From: Mobula hypostoma | Taxonomy: Eukaryota | Assembly (NCBI RefSeq): GCF_963921235.1 | Contig: NC_086097.1 | Span: 245,212,001 to 245,276,000 of the forward strand | Direction of reading: 5' to 3' | DNA length: 64,000 nucleotides | Part shown: piece after piece, positions 1-11,429 of the stretch | How positions within the stretch are numbered: the first letter of the stretch is position 1 | Layout of the letters: each line of letters opens with the position of its first letter | Made by a program: the position numbers and the translations under genes | Notes under the pieces: model-generated | What the model was told of the DNA's origin: nothing | The model's database searches: none | The model's input: the letters and a program-made list of their open reading frames with translations, nothing else

Positions 1-23
1 ACTACCTAATCTTGAATGCCTAG

Positions 24-1125
24 TGTCACATACCCCGTGACGGGTTAAAGAACCAGCAGAAATGGAAAACATTTTGGAGTCCAGTATTGCTATTAACTTT
101 AAAGGCATCCGTTAGTCTTGTGAGACCATGGATCTGTGCCTGGAAAGTCTCCACTCTCCAGGGCGCAGGCCTGGGCAAGGTTGTATGGAAGACCAGCAGT
201 TGCCCATGCTGCAAGTCTCCCCTCTCCATGACACCAATGTTGTCCAAGGGAAGGGCATTAGGACCCATACAGCTTGGCACCGGTGTCGCAGAGCAGTGTG
301 TGATTAAGTGCCTTGCTCAAGGACACAACACGTTACCTCGGCTGGGGCTCGAACTCACGACCTTCAGGCCTACTATTAACTAATGTATTTATTAGTAACT
401 ACACAATACAGTAATATAATTGCAGATATATCAAACAGGTTAGCAATGATTATATATAAGTAAGTGTGGAAATATATGAAAACCAAGCTTCTCCACGTCT
501 AGGGGTAAATAGTAAAGGTCAGTGCAGGTCGTGGTATTGAGTTGAGTAGTGACGGAGAGAGAGAAAGGGAGAGATTTGAGTCTTCAGGTGAGCTAACGCC
601 GTTGATCGTCCTGTTGTCCTATGAAATTCTTTAGAAGTCACCGACTGTGACCACAACAAAGGGGACTGTTCTTCTGTGGTGGAATTATCAACCCAGGCGA
701 GGGTTGGACACACGAATAACTCCCCACCGGTCACACCCTTTTCACACTGCAAGAGCCACTGATCGACCTGCCTGATCGATCCTCCAAAACCCACCTTTTC
801 TGTGGGCACAACAAAGCTCATTCAGTGTCCAAAACCATGAGTCTCCAGGTCTATCATCTGACCTTCTATTTATCTCACCGTGCTGAACACCAGCTGTCCA
901 TCAAGCAGCTCCTCCCTTCTCTCTCTGTAAGAACTTGGAAACTGCCAGTGTCCTTGCAAAAGTGTAAACAAACTGTGAGCAGTCTTCGCCTCTCTCTGTC
1001 TCTCTCTCTCTTGCTTTCTCGCTCTCTCTCTCTCTCGCTCTTTAACAAGGTGTCTGGCATTCCACAACTCTCCCTCTCTCTTTTAAAAAGCACAGTTCAT
1101 AGGGGTAGTTCAGGACCCCATCACA
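24..1125 (-). mobile_element. Solo LTR (Gypsy-like) inserted into an old CR1
   Basis: Termini TGTCACA...ATCACA; 4-bp TSD CTAG at 20-23 and 1126-1129; flanks rejoin into CR1 RT sequence; contains a (CT)n tract near 990-1040. Strand is inferred. Confidence 0.75.
99..368 (-). mobile_element. tRNA-derived SINE (5'-truncated) nested in the LTR
   Basis: Near-identical to 12440-12745; CTATTAACT occurs on both sides. Confidence 0.75.
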
Positions 1126-1129
1126 CTAG

Positions 1130-1860
1130 TGACTGAACCTTATTGACTAACCTTCCATGTGGACTTTGTCAAAGACCTTGCTAAAATCCGTGTAGCAACA
1201 TCCACTGCCTTGTCTTAATCAACTTTCATGATAAATTCCTCAAAAAACTCTATATGATTGGTTAGACATGACCTACCATGCAGAAAGCCATGTTAACTGT
1301 CCCTAATCAGTCTCTGTCTGTACAAATATTTATATATTCAGTCCTTTGGAATACCTTCAAATAACTTACCCAGGTTCACTGGCCTATAATTTCCTGGCTC
1401 ATTCTTAGAGGCTTCTTTAACAACAGTAAAAACGTCAGCTGTCCTCCAACCCTCTGGCTCCTCAACTGTTGCTAAGGATGCTTTAACTATCTCTGCTGGG
1501 GCCCCTGCAATTTCTGCACTTGCCTCCCACAGGGTCTGAGGGAACACTTTGTCAGGACCTGGGGATTTATCTCCTCTCGTTTGCCTCAAAACAGCAAGCA
1601 CCACCTCCTCTGTAATCTGTATACGGTTCATGATCTCTCTTCTGCTTTGCCTGTACAGACTCTGTATACATCTCCCAAGTAAATACAGATGCAAAACTCC
1701 TACTAGGATCTCCCTTAACCTTAAGATCGCCCTCATTCTTCATAATGGACTCCAACATCTGCCTGGCCACTGAAATCAGGCTAAATAGCTTATATGTTCC
1801 TGTCTTTTGACTCCCTCCCTTCTTAAAGTGGAGTGACATTTGAAATTTTCCACTCTCCAG
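1130..1860 (-). mobile_element. Degraded CR1 LINE ORF2 fragments
   Basis: DKSPGPD and PGNYRPV motifs in ORF 1338-1736. Confidence 0.85.
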
Positions 1861-2024
1861 AAGGACTCTGGAACTTAGTTCCCTCTGCTGCTGAATGCCC
1901 CTTGTGCACTCAGTTCAAACTCCTTAATCTCATTCTTTCACGATAGCATCTGCCAGTTGCATTAAGGAAGAAGAAGAAATGTAGGATATGGTTATATTCA
2001 TTAGCTCTATTATTCCACAACTGA

Positions 2025-2040
2025 ACACTAGATGGCAGCA
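2025..2040 (+). promoter_or_regulatory. Candidate CTCF-binding motif
   Basis: ACACTAGATGGCAGCA matches the CTCF core CCASYAGRKGGCRS except at position 1; lies in non-repeat sequence. Confidence 0.35.
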
Positions 2041-2124
2041 AACAGCAAGTTTCATTTAAAAACTAAACACATTTGTTACCTAATCTTTCGAATTAAACCT
2101 GATTTATCCCAGAAGAGCTTATAG

Positions 2125-2998
2125 AGTAGTAGAACATTACAGCACATAAACAGGCTCTTTGGCCCATCTAGTCCATGCCGAACCATTAATCTACCTACTC
2201 CCATCGACCCGCACTCAGACCATAGCCCTCCATGACCCTCCCATCCCTGTACCTATCTAAATTTCTCCAGAATATTGAAATCGAACCCGCAGCCACCATT
2301 TGCCCTGCAGCTCGTTTCACATCTCACCTCCCTCTGAGTGAAGAAGTTCCCCCTCATGTTCCCCTTAAGCATTCACCTGTCACCCTAGTTTTCTAGAACT
2401 AGGATGAAAGGGGAAATGGCCTCTATTCTCACCCAACGTCAGTGGAAAAAGCCTGCTAGCATTTACCGTATCTATACTCTCCATAATGGGTGGTGTGGTG
2501 GAGATACGTCTCCACCAAAGGAGGTGCAAGGTGCCCCTTCCCTCTGCTAGTCTGCAGGTCACCACAGGCAAGGTGTAGCATCTGCTTGCCCCCCCCCACC
2601 CCGATCAGGGTCACGTGAAGACATGGCAGCAGGTGGTAGACGTCCGTATGAGCACCTAGTGCATATCACGAGTCCTGGTTATGCAACCACTGATGCTAGG
2701 CAAACAGTCTCTGAAGAACATTGGTAATGGCTGGGGTCACCCGTCTTGTAAAGACGCTGCCCAGAAGGCCGCAAAGGCAAGCCACGTCTGTAGAAAAATT
2801 TGCCAAGAGCAATCATGATCATGGAAAGACCATGATCACCCGTGTCATACTAGATGGCACATTATGAACGAAGCATAATTTTGTATACCTCCGTCAAATC
2901 TCCCCTCACTCTTCTACACTCTAGGGAATGAAGTTCTAGCCTATTCAACCTTTCCCTAGAACTCAGGTCCCAAGTCCCAGCGGCATCCTTGTAAATTT
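2125..2998 (-). mobile_element. CR1 3' end interrupted by a SINE
   Basis: CR1 C-terminal (DTVNASRLFPL) and 3' UTR sequence. Confidence 0.8.
2488..2873 (+). mobile_element. Non-autonomous retroposon/SINE with RTE-like tail, copy 1 of 3
   Basis: TSD CATAAT on both sides; shares the GGTGGAGATACGTCTC..CCAAAGGAGGTG head and body with 30534-30930 and 50397-50775. Confidence 0.7.
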
Positions 2999-2999
2999 C

Positions 3000-5900
3000 T
3001 CACAATTAAGTTCCGTCCATTTTACCTGCCGTGAGAGATTTCAGCGATTGTCTTGGTAGTGGTGTACATTCTTCCTCAAATGTCAAACAGGCTGTAGACG
3101 ATTTGAGCAATGTGATCAACACGCACAAAACAGCACACCATAATGCCCTCACCATCATTTTGGGGGATTTTAATTGTCAGTTTAAAAAAGTCATTGAATA
3201 ATTACCATCAATAGATCACTTGTGGTACCAGAGGAAACAACACACTGGACCACTGTTACACCACTCTCAAGAATGCCTACCATGCCATTCCAAGCCCTCA
3301 CTTCGGGAAGTCTGATCACCTGGCTGTACTTCTACTCCCTGAGTACAGGCAGAGACTGCAGACTGCAGCACCAACAGTGAGGACCAAGAAGGTTTGGACA
3401 AGGGAAGCACAGGAGCGCTTACAGGACTGCCTTGAATTGGTGGACTGGACTGTATTCGAGGATTCATCTTCGAATCTAGCTGAGTATGCTGCAGTTCTTA
3501 CCGACTCCTTTAAAACCTGAGTGGATGGGTGTGTGCCTATGAAAACCAAAAGCCGTGGATGAACCAGGAGGTTTGTCATCTGCTAAGGGGTAGATCTGAT
3601 CATTAATGTCCAGTGACCCAGGTCTAAACAAGAAAACCAGGCATGTCTTGTGAAGAGCTATTTCAAGGGCGAAGAAACAATTCACAGAACATAGAATAGT
3701 ACAGCACAGTACAGGCCCTTCAGCCCACAATGTTGTGCCGACCCTCAAACCCTGCCTCCCATATAAATCCCCACCTTAGATTCCTCCATATACCTGTCTA
3801 GTAGTCTCTTAAACTTCACTAGTGTATCTGCCTCCACCACTGACTCAGGCAGTGCATTCCACGCACCAACCGTTCTCTGAGTAAAAAACCTTCCTCTAAT
3901 ATCCCCCTTGAACTTCCCACCCCTTACCTTAAAGCCATGTCCCCTTGTATTGAGCAGTGGTGCCCTGGGGAAGAGGCGCTGGCTATCCACTCTATCTATT
4001 CCTCTTAATATCTTGTATACCTCTATCATGTCTCCTCTCATCCTCCTTCTCTCTAAAGAGTAAAGCCCTAGCTCCCTTAATCTCTGATCATAATCCATAC
4101 TCTCTAAACCAGGCAGCATCCTGGTAAATATCCTCTGTACCCTTTCCAATGCTTCCACATCCTTCCTATAGTGAGGTGACCAGAACTGGACACAATACTC
4201 CAAGTGTGGCCTAACCAGAGTTTTATAGAGCTGCATCATTACCTCGCGACTCTTAAACTCTATCCCTCGACTTATGAAAGCTAACACCCCATAAGGTTTC
4301 TTGACTACCCTATCCACCTGTGAGGCAACTTTCAGGGATCTGTGGACATGTACCCCCAGATCCCTCTGCTCCTCCACACTACCAAGTATCCTGCCATTTA
4401 CTTTGTACTCTGCCTTGGAGTTTGTCCTTCCAAAGTGTACCACCTCACACTTCTCCGGGTTGAACTCCATCTGCCACTTCTCAGCCCACTTCTGCATCCT
4501 ATCAATGTCTCTCTGCAATCTTTGACAATCCTCTACACTATCTACAACACCACCAACCTTTGTGTCGTCTGCAAACTTGCCAACCCACCCTTCTACCCCC
4601 ACATCCAGGTTGTTAATAAAAATCACCAAAAGTAGAGGCCCCAGAACAGATCCTTGTGGGACACCACTAGTCACAATCCTCCAATCTGAATGTACTCCCT
4701 CCACCACCACCCTCTGCCTTCTGCAGGCAAGCCAATTCTGAATCCACCTGGCCAAGCTTCCCTGGATCCCATGCCTTCTAACTTTCTGAATAAGCCTACC
4801 GTGTGGAACCTTGTCAAATGCCTTACTAAAATTCATATAGATCACATCCACTGCACTACCCTCATCTATATGCCTGGTCACCTCCTCAAAGAACTCTATC
4901 AGGCTTGTTAGACACGATCTGCCCTTCACAAAGCCATGCTGACTGTCCCTGATCAGACCATGATTCTCTAAATGCCTATAGATCCTATCTCTAAGAATCT
5001 TTTCCAACAGCTTTCCCACCACAGACGTAAGGCTCACTGGTCTATAATTACCCAGACTATCCCTACTACCTTTTTTGAACAAGGGAACAACATTCGCCTC
5101 CCTCCAATCCTCCGGTACCATTCCTGTGGACAACGAGGACATAAAGATCCTAGCCAGAGGCTCAGCAATCTCTTCTCTCGCCTCATGGAGCAGCCTGGAG
5201 AATATTCCGTCAGGCCCTGGGGACTTGTCTGTCCTAATGTATTTTAACAACTCCAACACCTCCTCTCCCCTAATATCAACATATTCCAGAACATCAACCT
5301 CACTCATATTGTCCTCACCATCATCAAGTTCCCTCTCATTGGTGAATACCGAAGAGAAGTATTCATTGAGGACCTCGCTCACTTCCACAGCCTCCAGGCA
5401 CATCTTCCCACCTTTATCTCTAATCGATCCTACCTTCATTCCTGTCATCCTTTTTTTCTTCACATAATTGAAGAATGCCTTGGGGTTTTCCTTTACCCTA
5501 CTCGCCAAGGCCTTCTTGTGTGCCCTTCTTGCTCTTCTTAACCCCTTCTTAAGCTCCTTTCTTGCTTCCCTATATTCCTCAATAGACCCAGCTGATCCTT
5601 GCTTCCTAAACCTCATGTATGCTGCCTTCTTCCTCCAGACTAGATTTTCCACCTCACTTGTCACCCATGGTTCCTTCACCCTACCATTCTTTATCTTCCT
5701 CACCAGGACAAATTTATCCCTAACATCCTGCAAGAGATCTCTAAACATCGACCACATGTCCATAGTACATTTCCCTGCAAAAACATCATCCCAATTCACA
5801 CCCGCAAGTTCTAGCCTTATAGCCTCATAATTTGCCTTTCCCCAATTAAAAATTTTCCTGTCCTCTCTGATTCTGTCCTTTTCAATGATAATTATAAAGG

Positions 5901-7450
5901 CCAGGGAGCGGTGGTCACTGTCCCCCAGATGCTCACCCACTGAGAGATCTGTGACCTGACCCGGTTCATTACCTAATACTAGATCTAGTATGGCATTCCC
6001 CCTGGTCGGCCTGTCCACATGGTGTAACAGGAATCCATCCTGGACACACTTAACAAATTCTGCCCCATCTAAACCCTTGGAATTAATCAGGTGCCAATCA
6101 ATATTAGGGAAGTTAAAGTCACCCATGATAACAACCCTGTTATTTTTGCACCTTTCCAAAATCTGCCTCCCAATCTGCTCCTCTGTGTCTCTGCTGCTAC
6201 CAGGGGCCTATAGAATACCCCCAATACAGTAACTGCTCCCTTCCTGTTCCTGACTTCCACCCATATTGACTCAAAAGAGGATCCTGCTACATTACCCACC
6301 CTTTCTGTAGCTGTAATAGTATCCCTGACCAGTAATGCCACCCCTCCTCCCCTTTTTCCGCCCTCTCTACCCCTTTTAAAGCACTGAAATCCAGGAATAT
6401 TGAGAATCCATTCCTGCCCTGGTGCCAGCCAAGTCTCTGTAATGGCCATTACATCATAATTCCATGTATGTACCCAAGTACCCAATTCCAAGTGAGTTTG
6501 GAGGCAACATCAGATGCACATCAGCTCTGGCAGGGTTTGCAAGACATTACTTCCTACAAAGTGAAACCCAATAGCATGAATGGTAGCGATGCTTCGCTAC
6601 CAGATGAGCTCAATGCCTTCTATGCCCGCCTTGAGAGGGAGAACATAACTACAGCTGTGAAGATCCCTGCTGCACCCAGTGACCCTGTGATCTCTGTCTC
6701 AGAGGCCAATATCAGGTTTTCTCTTTCAGGAGGGTAAACACTCACAAGGCAGCAAGCACCAATGGAATGCCTGGTGAGGCTCTGAAAACTTGTGCCAACC
6801 AACTGGCAGGAGTATTCAAGGACATTTTCGGTCTCTCACTGCTATGGTCAGAAGTTCCCACTTGCTTCAAAAAGGCAACAATTATACCAGTGCCTAAGAA
6901 CTGTAGTGTGAGCTGCTTTAATGACTATTGTCCAGTAACACTCACATCTACGGTGATGAAATGCTTTGAGAGGTTGGTCATGGCTAGAATGAACTCCTGC
7001 CTCAGCAAGGACCCAGACCTACTGCAATTTGCCTATCGCCACAACAGGTCTAAGGCAGATGCAATCTCAATGGCTCTTCATACAACTTTAGATCACCTGG
7101 ACAGTACAAACACCCATGTCAGGATACTGTTCATTGACTATAGCTCAGCATTTAACACCATCATGCCCACAGTCCTGGTGGATAAGTTAGACAGGGAGCC
7201 TCTATACCTCCCTCTGAAATTGGATCCTTGACTTCCTAACTGGAAGGCCACAATCTGTGCGGATTGGTAATAATACCTCTTCCTCACTGGTGATCAATAT
7301 TGGCGCACCTCAGGAATGTGTGCTTAGCCCACTGCTCTACTCCCTCTGTACCCATGACTGTGTGGCTAGGGATAGCTCAGGTGCCATCTAAAACTTTGCT
7401 GATGAAACAACCATTGTTGGTAGAATAAATCTGATTCTGATTCTAAATTC
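3000..7450 (+). mobile_element. Rex1/Babar-type LINE remnant (endonuclease end plus RT), split by a CR1
   Basis: Endonuclease-like PHFGKSDH region near 3295-3320; RT motifs LQFAYRHNRS and LFIDYSSAFNTI (6767-7231); CAATTC on both sides of the CR1 insert. Confidence 0.8.
3684..6480 (-). mobile_element. Young CR1 LINE with near-complete ORF2 (APE endonuclease plus RT), one frameshift, 5'-truncated
   Basis: ITETWL and GGGVALLV (6087-6491), then an 804-aa ORF with GDFN, SDH, GVPQGSVLGP and FADD; CR1 3' tail. Confidence 0.95.
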
Positions 7451-7479
7451 TGTCTATACTTTTTCAATCTTACTTATAT

Positions 7480-8047
7480 TTAGACGTGAGAATATGGAGG
7501 AACACCTGGAGAAACTTCTGAAATGCCCATTTCGCTGCCGCTGTTACTGTGTGGTCCGGAATCTCCGGAGCCGAAGGCCCTGAAATCCTCGGCTTTGCTT
7601 GTTTCAGCAGCCGGGGTGAGGTCGAAGGCGCTCGGCAGAGGATGGCGCTTGGGAGGCTGTATCGGAGGGGCTGGTCGGAGGCTGGAAGTTTTCGGACGGA
7701 CGGACTCAGTGTCGGCTGTGGTCGGCTGCTCCCAAGGTATCGGCAAGCTGACGGTGCCTGGAGGTTTATGGCAGGGAGTTTCTCCCTTTGCCGCCTGCTA
7801 TCGGGGACTCAGGAGTCGATCGGGACTTGAGACTTTTCTTTACCATGCCCATGGTCTCTATCAAATTATGGTATTGTTTTGTACTGCTGTAACTATATGT
7901 TATAATTATGTGGTTCTGTCAGTGTTAGTCTTTGGTTTGTCCTGTTTTACTGTGATATCACTCTGGAGGAACAGTATATCATTTCTTAATGCATGCATGC
8001 ATTTCTAAATGACAATAAATGAGGACTGATTGTTCTCATAATCTAAT
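7480..8047 (+). mobile_element. GC-rich non-autonomous retroposon with LINE-like tail, copy 1 of 3
   Basis: Highly similar to 17353-18036(-) and 31725-32250(+); ends AATAAA...ATAATCTAAT. Confidence 0.8.
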
Positions 8048-8740
8048 ATCTTTCCTGTAGATAAGTGACCAAAACTGGATGTGATACTCCAAATTAAGCA
8101 TCGCCAATGTCTTATACAATTTCAGCAGAACATCCCAACTCCTGAACTCAATACATTGAATTCTGAAGGCCAATGTGCAATAGGCTATCTTTACGACCCT
8201 AGCTACCTGTGATGCTACTTTCAAGGAAATAATGGACCTGTACTCCCAGCTCCCTCTATTCTACCACAGTCCTCAGTGCCCTACCACTCACTGTGTAAGA
8301 CCTACCCTGGTTGGTCCTCCCAAAGTGCAAAACCTCACACTTGTCTTCACTAAGTTCTACCTACCATTTTCCAGCCCATTTTTTTCAGATGGTCCAGATC
8401 CCGCTCCAACTTTGATTGCCTTCCTCACTGCCCACTATGCCCCCAAACTTGGTGTCATCCACAAATCTGATGATCCAGTTGACCACATTCTCATTCAGAT
8501 TATTGATAAAGATAACAAACAACAATGGAACCAGCATCCTGTGGGACTACATGGGTCATAGGCCTCCAATTAGAGAAGCAACCATCTATAACCAGTCTCT
8601 CACTTCTTCCACAAAGCCAATGTCTAATTCAATCAACTAATTCATCTTGAATGCCAAGACAAACCTCCCATGTGGGTCCTTGTTAAATGCCTTCTTAAAG
8701 TCTGTAGACAATCTTCACTGCCAGTAACTTCCTCGAAAAC
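8048..8740 (-). mobile_element. Degraded CR1 RT fragment
   Basis: LKVASQV...LEY.IQFWS motifs. Confidence 0.85.
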
Positions 8741-9477
8741 ATATTGTCTTTTACCGGTCTAGATAAAACCTCTTAACTACAAAGAAACCGCACTCGGAAT
8801 CACAGATGAAACTTAATAATTTGGCTCCAGCAACATGCACCAATCATTAATGACACTATAAGAGAAAAAGGAGGAGCTGGGAGTGATATAAAAAGACAAA
8901 ACAACTCCCTTAAAACAGATACATTAGGGACGTTTAAGAGAATTTTAGATAGGTACAGTGACGAAAGAAAAATGGAGGGATATGTAGATAGATAGGTAGA
9001 TACTTCATTGATCCCAAGGGAAATTACAGTGTCACAGAGGCATTACAAGTGTACAGATATACAAATATTAGGAGAAGTAAGAAAGAATTTTAAAAAGGTT
9101 ACCTCAAAACAGTCTAACAGGAGGGGGTCATCACTTCCCTGACTATAGGTGTAGTCTAATACTAAATGTGCTCCTCTGTTCTGCCAAGCTGGCATGCAGA
9201 GGGTGAGAAACACTGTCTAGAATTGCCAGGATTTTCTGTAGGGTTCTATGGAATTGAGGAGGTTATATGGTCAGCACAACATTGTGGGCCGAAGGGCCTG
9301 TAATGTGCTGTAGATTTCTATGTTTATGTTCTATGTCCTCTGTTCTACCACAGCATCCAGTGCGTCCAGTTTGACTCCGATAGCAGAACTAGCCTTTCTA
9401 ATCAGTTTATCGAGCTTGTTGGCATCACCTGTGTTGATGCCATTGCCCACAACAAAATGAATCTCAGGGTAGTATAT

Positions 9478-10361
9478 CCGCATCCAATTTCTCATCCAGG
9501 CAGTGTATGATGTGCTTCCAAGCCCATCAAACCTGCACACATGAGGCAAGGCAGAGTCATCTGCGTGCCCACTGTGCTCCAAGCGAGGAACCCTGGAACA
9601 CATCCTCAGCGGCTGCGCAAGGGCACTTGGTGAGGGACGGTACAGGTGGAGGCATGATCAGATCCTAAAGACCATCGCTGAAGCCGTCAGCGCAGGAGTT
9701 GAGTTGGCGAAGCGGTCCCAACCCTCCAAGCAGACCATTGCCTTTGTCAGAGCTGGGGAGCAGCCAATACCTGCCAAAAGAACACCTGCAGGCATTCTGA
9801 CCTCTGCAAGGGACTGGCAGCTGTTGGTGGACCTCAAAGGGCAGCTGAAGTTCCCCAACCATATCGCAGCCACCACCCTGCGACCAGACATTGTCCTAGT
9901 GTCTGAGTCTACTAAGCAAGTGGTGCTGCTGGAGCTGACAGTCCCATGGGAAGATCGCTTGGAAGAGGCCTTTGAAAGGAAGCTCTCCAAGTACGCAGGA
10001 CTGGTCAGCAGCTGTCAGCAGGCTGGATGGAGAGTGAGGTGTCTCCCAGTGGAGGTTGGTTGTAGGGGATTCATAGCCCGTTCTTTAGTTAGAGCCTTCA
10101 GCATTTTGGGCATTGAGGGAGAGAGGAAGAGGAGAGCCATCCGCAGTACCACCGATGCGGAAGAGAGGGCCTCAAGATGGCTGTGGCTCAAAAGAGGGGA
10201 GCCATGGAGTCATAAGTAGCTAGCCATCTGGACACAAGCTGGGGTCTGATCAGCCCGGCTGGGTCACCTGGAGGAGGTTGTATGATGTTGAAAGACCCGA
10301 AACACCCGATGATTCCAGGAACATCACTGAAGATGTGTCCAGAGGTATGTATGTACACAGC
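9478..10361 (+). mobile_element. Hero-like non-LTR retrotransposon 3' fragment (CCHC knuckle plus restriction-like endonuclease)
   Basis: Frame from 9479 reads RIQFLIQAVYDVLPSPSNLHT*GK, CPLCSKRGTLEHILSGC, RYRWRHD, RPDIVL, ELTVPWE, RKLSKY, PVEVGCRGF; single stop at 9542-9544; ORF ends at 10219. Confidence 0.85.
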
Positions 10362-10742
10362 TGGTGACACATATGTACTTTGATAATATATTTACTTTGA
10401 ACCTTGATGTGGAAAACTTTAGCAATAAAATGCTGAGCAAGTGTGACTGTAAGTTGCAGCATTAGTGCATTTAGCAAAAAGATGCCTCCATCATTTAATA
10501 AGATTATGGCCAATTTAATATTTATCTCAAATCTGCAAACAGCAAATTTTCACCATCCAGTAACCTCTCTCCTCTAATAATCTATTATTAACTCAACCTT
10601 AAATGCATTTAAAGCCTTTTTTCACTGACCTTTCAAGAATCTTAAAGACAATGCAAAAAGATTAACTCAAATCTGCTTTAAATGGGTAAACTTTAATTTT
10701 TTTGAATGTCCAGATTAGTCCAGGTGTGGCCCTGACAATAAC

Positions 10743-11411
10743 TGTAGTGTTCTCGTGCAGTGTGTTGAAACTCTGACTAAACACCAAGTTAAACCGGAGC
10801 CAATAAAGACAGATTTAAAGTTAACCATTTACTGTTCACTCTTCCACATTAACATCGTATGGTGAAAACTGTTGATAAAAAAATACAAACATATACAGCG
10901 TCTGTTTCATTCTGGAGACCTCGTCTTTTAGCGAGTGTCTCCAGCCGCCCCGAGTAGCGGGCAAGGGGGGTCCCGTCAAACTGCCACCGGGCTCGAGCCC
11001 ACCCCGCGTTTGAAATTGAAAAGCCGGCATGCGCACTGCCCCAACCACCGCTTCCTTAACAGAAACCGCGTTAAATATTTTTACTTCAAATACATGAACT
11101 TAAATGAATGAACTTAAGATGTTGCTTCTACAGTATAATGTTTCTTTGTAGGTAGAAACGGAGCTCTTCACGACCATGCCGCATGCATGGCACCCACCTT
11201 CACACCTTCTCCGAACCGGAGGTTACACATAAGACGCGGCGAAACCGGAGGTTACGTCATCACGTGCCGCGATATACCATAGACAATGAATTTACCTTTG
11301 TTATACTGTAACTTAATTATCAACCTTTAACTTTAACTAGAAAATAGTTACAAATAAATCTTCTAAAGCATAGGCCCAACAAAGTCAAATAAATGCCTTA
11401 AGGGCAACACA
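10743..11411. mobile_element. Solo LTR
   Basis: TGT...ACA termini; 5-bp TSD ATAAC at 10738-10742 and 11412-11416. Confidence 0.7.
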
Positions 11412-11429
11412 ATAACCTCTAACTTCTTT

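Noticed and set aside
3745..6159. Long RT ORFs as a cellular gene, retron or other prokaryote-type RT system
   Set aside because: They are ordinary CR1 ORF2 copies with endonuclease motifs, 5' truncation and CR1 tails; nothing in the window looks prokaryotic.
10285..10340. GAAAC...hairpin...CTGAAGA in the Hero 3' UTR as a type II hammerhead
   Set aside because: No NUH cleavage triplet or stem III between GAAAC and the hairpin, and stem II pairing is poor.
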